A stretch of 64,000 bases of DNA. Origin: Eledone cirrhosa (Eukaryota). The stretch covers positions 133,176,001-133,240,000 of the forward strand of contig OZ024742.1 in assembly GCA_964016885.1 (NCBI GenBank), written 5' to 3'. Below are positions 1 to 14,054 of this stretch, piece by piece; the first letter of the stretch is position 1; each line of letters opens with the position of its first letter. Below the pieces are notes generated by a model, which saw only the letters and a list, made by a program, of their open reading frames with translations, was not told the DNA's origin and searched no databases. The translations under genes were made by a program, and so were the position numbers.

Positions 1-30
1 ATCCTTCATTATTGTATTTTTGTTTTCAAC

Positions 31-73
31 GCTCTGATGAGGCCTGCGCCATGGTATGGATGAAACAGTCAGC
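31..73 (+). ncRNA. Minimal type I hammerhead ribozyme in a PLE pseudo-LTR remnant
   Basis: gct-CTGATGA-[imperfect stem II]-GAAAC-a-GTC-agc; stem I gct/agc; AATAAA follows immediately, then (TA)n. Confidence 0.7.
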
Positions 74-119
74 AAATAAAAATTGATTGATGTTATAAGC
101 GATCTTTGTTTTCTCTTAC

Positions 120-516
<397 letters not shown>

Positions 517-561
517 CAATATTAAATATATGGAAAACTATATTTATAAAACCATATTTAT

Positions 562-621
562 TTCATTATATATATTTCGGGGATATCATATTAACAATAT
601 GCTATGCCTTCATCAGACAAA
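562..621 (-). ncRNA. Type I hammerhead ribozyme motif (PLE pLTR remnant)
   Basis: Minus strand: tttgt-CTGATGA-a-ggcatagcatatt gtt aatatgatatcccc-GAAA-tatata-TA-atgaa; long stem II, palindromic stem III, ATA cleavage triplet. Confidence 0.65.
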
Positions 622-644
622 ATACAATATAAACAGTTTTATAG

Positions 645-844
645 NNNNNNNNNNNNNNNNNNNNNNNNNNNNNNNNNNNNNNNNNNNNNNNNNNNNNNNN
701 NNNNNNNNNNNNNNNNNNNNNNNNNNNNNNNNNNNNNNNNNNNNNNNNNNNNNNNNNNNNNNNNNNNNNNNNNNNNNNNNNNNNNNNNNNNNNNNNNNNN
801 NNNNNNNNNNNNNNNNNNNNNNNNNNNNNNNNNNNNNNNNNNNN
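645..844. other. Assembly gap (200 N)
   Basis: Run of N. Confidence 1.
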
Positions 845-923
845 ATATATATATACTCATATATGTATATATATGTATATATATATACATATATATATAC
901 ATATATATATATACATATATGTG

Positions 924-997
<74 letters not shown>

Positions 998-1005
998 CAT
1001 ATATG

Positions 1006-1040
<35 letters not shown>

Positions 1041-1067
1041 GTATATATATATACATATATATATATA

Positions 1068-1128
<61 letters not shown>
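845..1128. repeat. (TA)n microsatellite
   Basis: TA run with interruptions. Confidence 0.95.
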
Positions 1129-1135
<7 letters not shown>

Positions 1136-1149
1136 ATGAAATATAAGAA

Positions 1150-1772
1150 TGAAAGAATTGTACAAAACGTTATTGTGCTTACAGCTGTTTCCTCCAAACC
1201 GAGGTTTGGATTCTTCGGAGCAATTTATTAATGGATGGACAGTTATATGACCTCCTTTTCAGCCAAGAGACATACCGATACATATGTAAATATTGTGGGT
1301 CAGCATTCATTACAGAATTTAGAGTGGCAGTACACACTTGGAGATTACATTCATATTAAAAGGTACAATCAGAAATCAAAAATACAGGTTAAATTACAAC
1401 ATGAAGATAAGCGGTTATATAGTTCAAATGTTATATGTGTGGCAAGCACGTGCGTCTTGTTTATATATTGTGTGGCAGAGAGATACGTGCAGTAGAGGCA
1501 CTTAGGTAGGTAAACAAGAGTGTTAGGTTGGTTGATCTGGTGGCAAATTCTTTATATGATTGATATAGTCTGTGTGTGGAGAAATGATATAAGCATTAAA
1601 AATAGTGCAAGCATTAAAAATATTAAAAGTATTGGAGATGCACAGCGAAGGGATGACAAGTATTTCATGTACTTCGACATTTTCATGGTCAGGTGAGTGT
1701 ATTATAAAACATACTTATAACTGCATAAGGTTTTTGTATTTACATAACCATAAATAGTATAACTAATACTAT
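1150..1772 (-). mobile_element. PLE pseudo-LTR/3'UTR remnant, family F1 (related to 26565-27003, 40887-44077, 45690-46510)
   Basis: Shared motifs ttaca..tgtttc.tccaaacc.agg..tgga.tcttcggagca and tgacctcctttt...caagagacata; flanked by (TA)n. Confidence 0.7.
1176..1222 (-). ncRNA. Hammerhead ribozyme, CCGAAGA core variant
   Basis: Minus: tgct-CCGAAGA-a-tccaaac ctcg gtttgga-g-GAAAC-agct-GTA-agca; stems I, II and palindromic III (acagctgt) intact. Confidence 0.75.
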
Positions 1773-1789
1773 ATATATATATATATGTA

Positions 1790-3009
1790 TCCAGTGGGTG
1801 TAACTAGGAGTTACTGCAGGTTCACCCGGGTGGGCACTCAATGTTTAGGTTCACTTCTGTGATGATGTGTAGAGCTATACAGAGTGTAATATATAGAAAG
1901 GATAAAAAGGACGATTGATTATTCCTTCATTGCAGTTATTGATAGGTGACGCGCGTTTCGCCACTGAACAGCTGAAGGTTCGATCTATATCGATCCTACC
2001 CGACTCAATAATCGGCAGCTCGACGGACCCTCTTAAAATGCTATAAGAAAATGAAATACATGCTATGTGGTAAAGTCAGAGTTTCAAGAGTTTGACAAAA
2101 TGAGATGTTTTGATTGGTGAGAAGGATCAAGGCGATGTACTGGCCTGTATTGTATAAGGGGGTGGGTGTGATGGTGAGATGTTGGTGACGGTCTGTTAAT
2201 GAGGTGGGCTGTGGTGTGGTGGTGGTGGGTTGGCCTTGGCGTGTAGTGTATGTGGGGGTGGATGTGATGATATGGTGGTGGTTAAGGTTATTTAGTGGGA
2301 TGGGCTGTGGTGTGAGGTTAGTGGATTGTCAGTAGACGGGTTGGTGTGTGGGTGGGGGTGTGGTAGTGGTGCCTTTGTCTATGGAAGCGGCATTTTTGGT
2401 GGTGTGGTGGATGTATTGGTGGCGTCAGGTCCTTACATAGATACATAGTTATACGCTCTTCGTCTGACAGATACCTTGTATATACGTATACGTACACACA
2501 TATATGTATATATTTGCACATATATTGTTGTATAAACGCACACAACATAAGACATATACGCACATCCTTGCCCACACATATCGGCATACGCTCACACACA
2601 GCCATATGTATATGTACACACATGTATGTGCATGCGCGCATGCGGAACGAATATGGAGAGTGGGGGAGTATCGGTGGGGGTGGCGAACGACAGAGATGGG
2701 GGGAAGGTGAGAGGCGATGTAGAAGTGTACATATCGCCGTACGTCCATAAACGCTTTTCCCCTGCGTTCCCTATGTCACCTTTTAACCGGTATTCGATCC
2801 GGTATATATATTTTTGTCCCTCACAACTCCACCACCACCACCACAAAACACAACTCCATACTTCATCAACACCGACAAAACATACCTCTACTCCCCAACC
2901 AACAATAGTGTGTGTGTCTGTGTGTAAGTATTTTACTCATACGGGCATTTTAAGTGTGCGTGCGTACGCAAATTTATCTGTATGTGTGTATGTGTGTGTT
3001 GTCGGTACA

Positions 3010-3058
<49 letters not shown>

Positions 3059-3972
3059 ATATATTATGTGTGAGTTTACGTGTGTGCGAGTGTGTATGTG
3101 TGTATCTTGCATACATGAGTGTGAGTCCATGTGCCCATACCCATGTGTATGTATGTGTATGTATATATAAACACCTTCTACATCGCCTCTCACCTTCCCC
3201 CATCTCTGTCGTTCGCCACCCCCACCGATACTCCCCCACTCTCCATATTCGTGTCCGCATGCGCGCATGCACATACATGTGTGTACATATACATATGGCT
3301 GTGTGTGAGCGTATGCCGAATGTGTGGGCAAGGATGTGCGTATTTGTCTTATGTTGTGTGTGTTTATACAACAATTTATGTGTGTACATATACGTATATA
3401 CAAGGTATCTGTCAGACGAAGAGCGTCTAACTATATATCTATGTAAGGACATGACGCCACCAATACATCCACCACACCATCAAAAATGCCGCTACCATAG
3501 ACAAAGGCACCACTACCACACCCCCACCCACACGCCAACCCGTCTACTGACAATCCACTAACCTCACACCACAGCCCATCCCACTAAATAACCTTAACCA
3601 CCACCATATCATCACATCCACCTCCACATACTCTACACGCCAAGGCCAACCCACCCACACCACACCACAGAAACACCTCATCCACAGACCGTCACCAACA
3701 TCTCACCATCACACCCACACCCATATACACTACAGGCCAGTACATCACCAATCAAAACATCTCATTTTGTCAAACTCTTGAAACTCTGACTTTACCACAT
3801 AGCATGTATTTCATTTTCTTATAGCGCTTTAAGAGGGTCCGTCGATCTGCCGATTACTGAGTCGGGTAGGATCGATATAGATTGAACCTTGAGCTGATCA
3901 GTGGCGAAACGCGCGTCACCTATCAATAAATGCAATGAAGGAATAATCAATCGTCCTTTTTATCCTTTCTAT
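1790..3972. mobile_element. Inverted pair of ~830-bp PLE-like pLTR/3'UTR copies (arms ~1893-2728 and ~3170-3972)
   Basis: Arms are highly similar reverse complements; each ends in GAAAC-gcgc-GTC (HHR 3' half) followed by a polyA-like signal and (TA)n. Confidence 0.75.
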
Positions 3973-3983
3973 GTATATATGTA

Positions 3984-4032
<49 letters not shown>

Positions 4033-4270
4033 GGATGTGAATCCGAAATATATAGGGACTATTAAATCACTCCCAAGGTAACTCTCTCTTGTGTTGTTAT
4101 TTTTATTTTTATCCTTTATACTCTTCCCTTCATTCTACACATCTCACACATCTTATACACACCACGCATCTCAACGTACACCCACTTACATCTCTCTCTC
4201 CACCACCGGACCTTGTTACCCGGAGATTTACCCATTTGCATTGTCGAGGCTTCCAAACGACTTAAAGATA
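4033..4270 (+). mobile_element. 5'-truncated PLE pLTR remnant starting inside an HHR
   Basis: ggat gtga atcc-GAAA-tata-TA-ggg directly after (TA)n, then attaaa; no CUGANGA (truncated). Confidence 0.45.
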
Positions 4271-4348
4271 TTTATATATATATATATGTATATATATAAA
4301 TATATATGTATATAAATATATATATATGTATATATATAAATATATATG

Positions 4349-4385
<37 letters not shown>

Positions 4386-4443
4386 ATGTAAGTATATATA
4401 TATATATGTGTGTATATGTATGTATATATATATATATGTATAC

Positions 4444-4474
<31 letters not shown>

Positions 4475-6692
4475 CAATATATGTAATTAGTATTATAGAT
4501 GTCCTTTATATATATATACATGAGAGAGAGAGAGAGCATAGACCTGGCTTTTAATGACGAAGGAACGATATGAACTAGTTTACTTACTGCTGGAGAACAT
4601 ATTGCAACACGCTTTCTCGCTTAACCAAAATATCAAGGAGCTTTCCAATAAGACGGCTGGTACTGCAAAAAGGAATCTAAGAAAGTGAAGACATACAAAT
4701 CCTGAAACATTGGTAAAGAAATACACTGATCAATAATTCTCTTGATCTTCTCTGCAATTTGTTTTTCATCTTACTATTGGAGCAAATAGTTTATTTTATA
4801 AATTTGAAATTATCGTTCTAATTTCTAAAGTGCAACTCGTATAGGTATACTTATTGATAAATTGGGGCGTTTTTGAAAAATAACTCCCTGTGGCCTAGAA
4901 TTATATGACGCATAGAATGGGGAGGCTCTGCATTTTTATGTATGTTCAAATTTGGTTTCACTGTCGGAATATTGCGAATGAGAAACATTTCAACTAACTG
5001 AGACACCTTTTAGTATATTCAAGAAGGAAACTAGATTGAATGAAATGCAAATGAAACAGGTAAGTATATTTTTGTAGCCTGGGTTGATCGAAGCCTTTTG
5101 GTTAATTCTAAAACAATGCAGTGTAATTCGACCATGTCTTTTTGCTAGCTTGGTGAAAGCATCGGATACATTTCAATTTTATTAGAATACATCAGGAAAG
5201 CATATTAACTAAGACGTTTATTAATGGGGAAATAAATCATTCATTTTTAATGTGTCTTAACAAAGGGTGTCCGTGGATCTCCTTCAGTGGAACATTGTAT
5301 ATGAAGAGTATATAGTCTCGTACTCTGAATATGGCGTTTTTCATCTTGTTTGCTTTTCATTCTATGAAAACTATTTAAACGATATAAAAAAACCAATGTG
5401 TTCATGTCATGAATCGATTTGGAGATAGAAGGCTATAAAATAAATAATACATCGAAATGTGGAGACGGGTTAGAGAGCATGTTGTTCCAGTAACTTGTGT
5501 GTTTGTAATAATTTATTCGGCCATCTAGCATATCAGAAACAAAATTGAATGAAGGTGTTATTAAATAAATATATGAAGTCGTAATTTCTTTACTCTTATT
5601 TATGTATCAATGCAAAACAAGTCCTGGAGCATTGCTTCCAAACTTTCAAGAAATTCAAATATAACAAAAGGTGTAGCTAGTGTCAAATATACTATTGTGC
5701 GTGCCGCTTATTTTCCAAATGCTGTATGTTGGATTGTGATTGACGTTAGATTAAACATAACAAAATATTTTCGAATCACAATCTTCTGCCACGATGATTA
5801 AGGAGAATGTTTAACTGAAATTTGGTTTCATAGTTAATTTAATATGAAGTGGATTATATTGAAGTTGTAGTCGTTTCATATCTAAACAAATATCTATAAT
5901 TTTGAAATAACCGATTTATTATTCGTATTTAACCTCATATATAATATGTTTTAATATTATTTTCAATTATGACCATGTACATTTACTCCTATGTATTCGA
6001 TTTAAATTTGAATTAATTTATTATATTACTGTTATGCTTCATGTGCTATGTAGGTAATGCACTTATGTTCATGACTTTGAGATTAACGCTTCCTTATCAC
6101 CTGATTCTAATGTAGTAGTACATAATAATGCTTCTTTGGATATCTGTGAGATCTATCTCATCAATACCATTTAATCTTAATTTGGAGGTTTTCATAGTGT
6201 CATGCTAAATAAGCAGGTTATGTCGGTATTGAGAAGTATAGTCACTATTTATGTCGTTTTTTATGGATGAAGTTTGCAACTGAGTTTGTTAATTGGTGAC
6301 TCTCTGAATCTACTCTATAGAAATGTTCTCCTTTATTTTTCTATGTTAAATAGGAATTTCATTCAATTCAAGCTTTTTCTATGTCTGATTCTGGTCTACT
6401 TCATGATGGTATTGGATATAAATAGTACGTAATTGAATGTATAATATGACATCAATGAAATTGGAAACGTAGTATAAACATATTCGATTTTTTTTTAAAT
6501 CCTTCACTTTTCTCTTCAGATAAAGTCATATATTGTCACTAAGATAAAGCTTCAAATATAAAGTTCCAAGATTGAGAATTTATTTTTAAATTTCATATGA
6601 TCGACTAGATGAAGGTGTTGCCTGAGTATGTCTAGACACAAATGCATGAGAATAATCAAACTTAGTGATAATACTCGTCTATATATATAAAA

Positions 6693-6749
<57 letters not shown>

Positions 6750-6867
6750 AAAAGAATGTCAAGGTACTCGTTACTTAGGGAGCTTGAGTGGGTAATAGGA
6801 AAAGAGTCAGTACCCCGACGGGTGAGCTCCAGCCGTTTCGACAGCTAGATCATAACTAAGCCAGCTA
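6750..6867 (-). mobile_element. PLE pLTR fragment, family H (related to 36524-36788, 44131-44335, 28158-28210)
   Basis: Minus: gtcgaaacggctggagctcacccgtcgggg...ttcctattacccactc matches the other family H copies. Confidence 0.65.
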
Positions 6868-6931
6868 TATATATATATAAGCATATATAATTAGTTACAA
6901 CAGTGACATATACAGGTTCTTAAGGCTGAAT

Positions 6932-6968
6932 TAGTTGGGTGTATAACCCACTGAAACGTAAGTACTTC
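6932..6968 (+). ncRNA. Degenerate hammerhead motif
   Basis: aagg-CTGAAtt-ag t tgggt gtata accca ct-GAAAC-gtaa-GTA-ctt; core positions 8/9 altered; outer stem tgacatata/tatatgtca. Confidence 0.45.
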
Positions 6969-7605
6969 TATATGTCATATATATCACTGTTATGACTACA
7001 TATGCTTAGCTAGTCCTATGCAGTGAGTGCTCTTACCCTTTGGATACGTCTACCAAACTAATACTAAAGTATATCTCTCTCTCTATATATATAATAAAAT
7101 TAGCGAAGTTCGCTGGTATTAAGTCAACGAACACCGGCCAACGTCTAGCTGACCCAATGAATCTGCCGCAGTTTACACACATTATTCAGATTGCACACAT
7201 TTAGTGGACGATATCGTTTCTGTGCAAGATATCTTCACAAATCTGATATTAGATCCCCAATGTTCAGAAAATCCCGTGATATATGCAGATAAGTACGTAA
7301 CAGGGCTGTTACACTCAGCAGCGGGTTGCCCAAGTCATAAGATAGGTCTCTACAGTGTGTGTTAGCCGTTACCACTGAACAAGGAATCAAGTGGTTCTTG
7401 CCATTCTTACAGGCTGCCTCTAAAGAGGAAGGAATCTATCGAAGACTCAAACGCGTGGTTTGGCGGGTGAATTCAAACAAAGGAATTCACGCCAAACAAA
7501 GCACTCTACAAGGTAGCCGCATATACACATATGAACTTAACAATGTTTATGCATATATAAATACATACAAGCAAATAATAGCAAATAATTGCTGACTTAT
7601 AATGG

Positions 7606-7669
<64 letters not shown>

Positions 7670-7712
7670 ATAAAAAAACGAAAATTCAGTGATGCATCTG
7701 GACTCAGTTTAT

Positions 7713-7813
7713 TTGCATGTTACAATTGTGTCTCGCCGGCAGGTAGCTCGAGACATGATCACTGTATGGATGTGGCTGATTCTACGGCTGCAGGTTCCTT
7801 CGGACGCATGCAA
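7713..7813 (-). ncRNA. Degenerate hammerhead with long stem II, CCGAAG core
   Basis: Minus: ttgcatg(cg)t-CCGAAGg-~65 nt-GAcAC-aatt-GTA-acatgcaa-ataaa. Confidence 0.5.
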
Positions 7814-7856
7814 TTCTTTCGGAGCAAATTTTCTCCATAGCTACCATTATACACAC

Positions 7857-8392
7857 GATAATTAAACATATAAAAAAATCAATTAAAGGTTAAAATGATG
7901 TACCTATAAAGAAGCAGTAGATAAATAAATGATAGCTATTTTATCCGCGATCAACAGCCACATAGGATTTACCTAGTATTTCTAATAGCCCGTAGAAATT
8001 GACTAGACACATAGCCAACCTTACACAATTAGGTACAAAATCAAAGTTAGAAGAAAAAATGTACATAAACATACCCAAACTATGTTTCTACCCCATGAAG
8101 TTTCATTCGCTTTTTGGAAATATCCGATCATGGATAAATTCACGAGTTTCGAAATCATCATGAAACAAACACAATAGGACAAAGATTTTTCTTAAATGAA
8201 CCCCGGCAGAAACGAATTCAAATGGCTAAGAAGTGTCACATGGCTAGTGGTCTAGTCAGAAAGTTTGTGATTGGTGCCTGACGGCGTGTAGGCTGGTTGC
8301 TAGAAAGCGCAGCCGAATAATGCCTAAATTGTTACTCAACCATATGGAAGTATATAGATATATAGGTTTACATATATATAAACTAGACAGAA

Positions 8393-8483
<91 letters not shown>

Positions 8484-8837
8484 ATTGGCAACCATTCACG
8501 GTGTGGCGCAATGACGAATTAATTAATGAAATAATCAACAATGAGAGTAATATATAAGAAAGTAAGTCCTTAGAATCATTTGATAAAATATATACAGTAT
8601 TTCTCCTCCCAATCAGCATAATTAACCATACAAAAATATCAATTGATTTTGTACCTAATTGTGAATGGTTGGCTATGTGTCTAGTCAATTTCTACGGTCT
8701 ATTAGAAATACTAGTTAAATCCTCTGTGGCTGTTTATCCCGGATGAAATAGCCATCATTTGTTTATCTACTGTTTCTTCATAGGTACATTTTAAACTTAT
8801 AGCCCCGTTTAATTGATTTTTTGTATGGTTAATTATG
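7857..8837. repeat. ~190-bp inverted repeat (7857-8044 / 8643-8837), probably PLE pLTR-derived
   Basis: e.g. ccgtagaaattgactagacacatagccaacc versus ggttggctatgtgtctagtcaatttctacgg. Confidence 0.75.
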
Positions 8838-8904
8838 GTGTTTGGGAGGAGAAATACTGTATATATTTTATCAAATGATTCTATGGACTTACTTTCTTAT
8901 ATAT

Positions 8905-10272
8905 ATACACACACCCTACTACCACCACTAACCCTCACCCCCACACCTCTCACCCCCACACCTCCATCCCACCACCCCACAACTAACCTCACTAACACCC
9001 CCTAACCCCAAGCACACGAGCACACGCACCCACTTACACCACCCACCCCACACGCAACTAACATCACTAACACACCCCAACCCCACGCACACGTACCCAC
9101 ACGCCCTCGTACACCACCAACTCTACACACCCTACCACCACTAACCCCCACTCACACCTGCATTCAACCCCTCCCCACCTCCCCACCTCCCGTATACTAA
9201 CACCACTTCATCAAACTACACACACACCAGTACACCACACTCCCTCCATAGAACCACACACACCCTTCTCTCTCCCCGCTCCACCCACACCCTCGCTCCA
9301 CACTCACTCATCCCACTAACACCCCTACTAATACACACACACACTACACACCCTCCTCACTCCAACTTTCACACCTACCCATCCTCTCCCCCTTCCCATT
9401 CCACCGACTGCTGCTATGCCATCTGACCACCTCCCACCACTAACAGACCACAGCACTCCCACTGCTGACCACTTCCTGTTGCGCGCGCACCCCACATCTC
9501 TCCTCTTCCGACCACCGCTTCATGGATTACCCACACGCAGAATTTGACTTACAGCCAATCCACTAAACATCCTTGGAACTTACCAACTTTTCAACCATCC
9601 TCTTACGTAATCACCTATATAACTCACCCACACACACACCCCCAAAAAATGTTGTTCTCCACACGCTACCCACACCCACAAAACGCTTAAACCCCACACA
9701 CACGTGCTTCCCACCCCATATTTACACCCTCAGCCTCCTGATTCCTCTCCCCCCACCCCCTATCCACACACGCACAGACACTCCGACCCACAAAAACACC
9801 CCCCACATACACCTCTTCCTGAACATGCAACCCCGTTCTTCCCCCAACCCTTACTTTCACATACACACACACACACACACACGCACACCTACACACACAC
9901 ACCACCTTTAGCCCTCCCCGCTCGGACACCCCGTCTCCCTCTCCCCACTCCACCCGCCACCACCCCTACTCACCCCACCCCCTTCCACCACCTGTTTACC
10001 CCCCTTTTAATTTTAGTTTATTTTGATCATGCTTTATTTTTATTTTTTATCTTTATTTGTTTTTTTTTCATTCGCACCGTTTCCTTTCGCTATATGTCTC
10101 TCCACCACTCCCCTACACACCTTTTGAACTCTGTTCCCACACACTTCTCACCTGATGAAGGGCTTATGCCCGAAACGTCGTCCCCCACCTACCCCCCACT
10201 CTCCTGAGCGTGAAATTAATAAACATTTATTGTACTGCCTCTCTGTTTTGTCCCTGTTCAAATGTTTCCATT
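8905..10272 (+). mobile_element. C/A-rich PLE-like 3' region and pLTR
   Basis: Strongly C/A-skewed low-complexity tract ending in an HHR, AATAAA and (TA)n. Confidence 0.5.
10148..10182 (+). ncRNA. Hammerhead ribozyme motif
   Basis: CTGATGA-a-gggc ttat gccc-GAAAC-GTC; stem II perfect; stem I not clearly resolved. Confidence 0.65.
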
Positions 10273-10290
10273 ATATATATATATATATAT

Positions 10291-10431
10291 ATTTATTAAA
10301 ATAACAGATTAAAGTTTAAGCAAAGAATCGCTGCTTTCACTCTTAACGGGATCTTCTGATGGTTTCAGAAGATCCCCTTAAGGGTGAAAGTAACGATTCT
10401 TTACTTTAAATTTAATGTTATTTAAATAAAT
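10291..10431. repeat. Fold-back palindrome (arms ~68 bp, 5-nt loop) of a pLTR-like sequence
   Basis: gggatcttctga tggtt tcagaagatccc centre; arms carry HHR-like CAGAAGA...GAAAG. Confidence 0.85.
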
Positions 10432-10525
10432 ATTTGCTCTAGGGTTCTTATATATTTGATATTTATTTATCCTTATCGAGCACTCTTTGGATGTTAGTCT
10501 TTACATTTATTATTATTACTATATA

Positions 10526-10675
<150 letters not shown>

Positions 10676-11148
10676 CTGCCTGTATGTGTTTGCAGGGATC
10701 TGCATATGGCTCAAGGAATACTCAGGTCGTAGAACTTAAAATTTTTGACTGCAATACAGAATTAATTTTCTTCTCCAAGATGGCGCTATTGTTTTACTGT
10801 GTTATTGATCGTCATATATCATGTGTATTCCATATAATTATTTTTACTTAACAACCGTACAATGTTTGTGAAAACACGTATAGAATATACTTATGTTACT
10901 TAAATGGAATCAATCTAACATCTTGTATAAATTATCAATAATAAGGTTAAGAATCATCTGAATATAAAAAAAAACGATGCGAATTTTTTAAGGTAAACAT
11001 GTACTTCAAAATCCACAGGCAGCGGTATGTGCCTTGAAAGCTTGAAATTTGTATTTATTTACGTGGAGGGGAGAGTTAGGATATTTGGCCTTAATATTTT
11101 AGATACATCAAAGTAATATTTCTTTCTTGAATCGTAATTCTGCAGTTA

Positions 11149-11331
11149 ATAATTGTTTCTACTTTTGGCACAAGTCCAGCAATTACCCAGCACATTACTG
11201 GTACTTTATTTAATCGACCCCGTAAGGATGAAAGGCAAAGTTAACCTCGGCGGGATTTGAACTCAGATCGTAAAGAGAGGTTACTCTTTGCGTCAAAGCA
11301 TGGCGTCCGACCCTCTACCGATACTGCCAGT
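11149..11331 (-). mobile_element. tRNA-derived SINE (octopus-type)
   Basis: Minus: A box tggcagtatcgg, B box gagttcaaatcc, body ttgcctttcatccttacgggtcgat..aataaagtaccag; direct repeat cagttaataatt at both ends. Confidence 0.85.
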
Positions 11332-12550
11332 TAATAATTTCACTTGATTATATATATATATGTATTTAATATAGTAAATATGCTCTATGTATTCGAAGTT
11401 TGATCTTAAAGCTGTTAAAATTAAGGTGTGATTTTCTTAAATAAATCTTAGCTTTGGATTTGCAAATGGACCGGGCTGAACGGATGTGCTCTGTATGTCA
11501 TCATTTAAAAGTGTTCATGTTCATTCCGATTACATCTATACTGCATAGTGTCCTTATTCATATTCTTCTGTGTAGACTATTCTCCTTGACTAAAATTCTT
11601 TACTACAAGAAATGTACTTTGCATCTGTAGTTGTTTTCGAGTTGTCTCGTGTTGATAATATATTTTTATATTCGGTTACGCTTGGATATAAGACATTTTC
11701 ATTTCCCATGACTATAGATGTTTTCAACAGAGTTATTGTGAAATATTTGCATCATGCGTCCCTGTTGCATACGAATATATGCATGAATATTTATTATATT
11801 TTTGTATATTTTTACGTGCATAAATGAGACTAGACATTTAAATTGATATTGACACTATACATCATTAATATACCATATACATAATTTTACATTCGAAGTA
11901 ATGTATAAATTAATGAAACCAATAAATTATATACTATCAGATTTAACTTAAGTTAATGTCACAATTAATTTGTTGAACAGTAACTACTGTTTGACGAATT
12001 AAGATATAAAGAAATGACACATTTATAAATATATTCGTCCGAGAATTCTAGAATTTCTATATAGAAGTGAGTATTTTAAAAATATCTCGGAATGCATTTA
12101 TTTCCGAATACCATCTGGGCCATGATGCAAGGAGATTACGCCTCCGAAGAATATATGAATAGTTGCAGCGTAGAGGATTGTTATGTTCTGCACAGAGTGA
12201 AAAGTAGGGCATCCATTGAAATAAGATTTCGTGATAGTTAGACGATAACACACGACATAAATACACGAAAGAACGGCAGCTATTGTGAACATGAAAAAAG
12301 GCTAGACAAATAGAAACTGAAATGACAACACTACGATTACTAGAGTTTATTAGAACTAGAACTATTTGATGAATATTACAATAGCGACCTGGTTAGAATT
12401 GTATTGTAATTCAAGCTAAATTATATACAGTATACAAGAGCAAATTGAAGTGAGGGAATTTTGATATCAAATATAGGAGACGAAACAAAACTGAGCATAA
12501 TCAGTATGACCAGCGTATATAAACGTATGTGTAGCTGCACATACCTACAT

Positions 12551-12615
<65 letters not shown>

Positions 12616-12637
12616 GTGTTTCCGTAAGAAAGGTAAA

Positions 12638-12678
<41 letters not shown>

Positions 12679-12680
12679 GG

Positions 12681-12721
<41 letters not shown>

Positions 12722-13589
12722 TATGTGTATATATGTATACCCACATACGTACACATACGCGCGCACACACAAACAGCGAGACACACACAGGCATATATAT
12801 ATATATGAGTATGTGTGTGTGTGTCTGTGCGTGTGGTATGTGTGTGTGTGTGTCTGCATGTATAAATGTGTATGTATGTGCGTATATATATATATATATA
12901 TATATATTCGTTTGAATGTTTGTTTACCTGAACTAATATATATGATTGCCAAACTATCTACTTATTTATGTCTTACCCAAGCAATCACTCTGTCGGCTTA
13001 TGTGTACTTGTCATTTTATTAATCAAAATGTCTAACAGTTTATTCATCATGACTTCGTTGAATAACATATTCATTCCATATTGTCGGTCTAGATATATTG
13101 CAGAAACGTCTTCATGACCTTGTTAGTTCTGGTGCCTTGATTCTGGAGGTAAATATATGATATGACCCTTGAAAATGCCAGAGAACTGCCGAATGGATCC
13201 AGCAATTACAATAAAAGATATATTGCCTTATTTTATTTCTTAGAAGGGATTCCTTTCCATTCTCCTCACAAGATAAATCGCAATGGGTTTTAGTAGGCGG
13301 AACGAAGATTTGTTGAGTTATATATACATTGTGATATAATTAATATATGTTGGTTATTGTTCGGTTGGCTAGACTTCTAATATATATATATATATACGCA
13401 GACGTATACATGCATATAAATATATGCACTATGTATATACGTACATACATGCACACATATATATATGTACGTATGGGTTTACCGAAAATGTATTATAATG
13501 TTCGGTTTGTTTGTAAACAAACAGCCCGTATTAAGCCGTACAGTGTTCGGCAACCATCGTTGCCATTTTTTTCAATACAGACAAAGGAA

Positions 13590-13630
13590 CGATGAAATAG
13601 TTTAGAGCTTCTTAGCTGTCTTTAGCACCG
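13590..13630 (-). ncRNA. Degenerate hammerhead (unit 1 of array)
   Basis: Minus: cggtg-CTaAAGA-c-agct aaga agct-c-tAAAC-ta-tTT-catcg; stem I covaries with the 14014 copy. Confidence 0.55.
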
Positions 13631-14013
13631 TACACCTTCTTGTCATATGATTGAACGTTTGAAGGTATATACTTTCCTTCTGCATATTAACGGCTGAGTA
13701 GCTAATTTGCATATCGAGTGAGTTAGTCGGCCGGGCGCACCGAAAACGTTAAATGGAAAAAATGAAATTTCATTTCTCACTCTTAGTACGGCTGATACTT
13801 AAATGTAGGTATGTATACATATATACAAGTATGTATACAGACGTACAGCAGTATGTATTTACATACATACATGCACACATATATATAAGTGTACGTATGG
13901 GTTTACCGAGCATTTATTATAATGTTCAGTTTGTTTGTAAACAAACAGCCCGAATTAAGCCGTACAGTGTTCGGCAACCATCGCTGCCCTTTTGTTGAAC
14001 ACTGACAAAGGAA

Positions 14014-14054
14014 CAATGAACTAGTTTCTAGCTTATGAGCAGTCATCAGCACTG
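14014..14054 (-). ncRNA. Type I hammerhead ribozyme (unit 2 of array)
   Basis: Minus: cagtg-CTGATGA-ct-gct cata agc-ta-GAAAC-ta-GTT-cattg; canonical core, palindromic stem III actagt. Confidence 0.75.

Noticed and set aside
2626-3561. 311-aa ORF with His-rich segments
   Set aside because: Spans the inverted-repeat arms and a TA run; low complexity, no domain motifs
4554-4688. 44-codon [22 protein letters not shown]...
   Set aside because: Short, no recognisable homology or splice support; expected by chance
12140-12210. gcct-CCGAAGA...GAAAaGTA-gggc hammerhead-like pattern
   Set aside because: Stem II unconvincing, stem III cannot form, no pLTR or TA context
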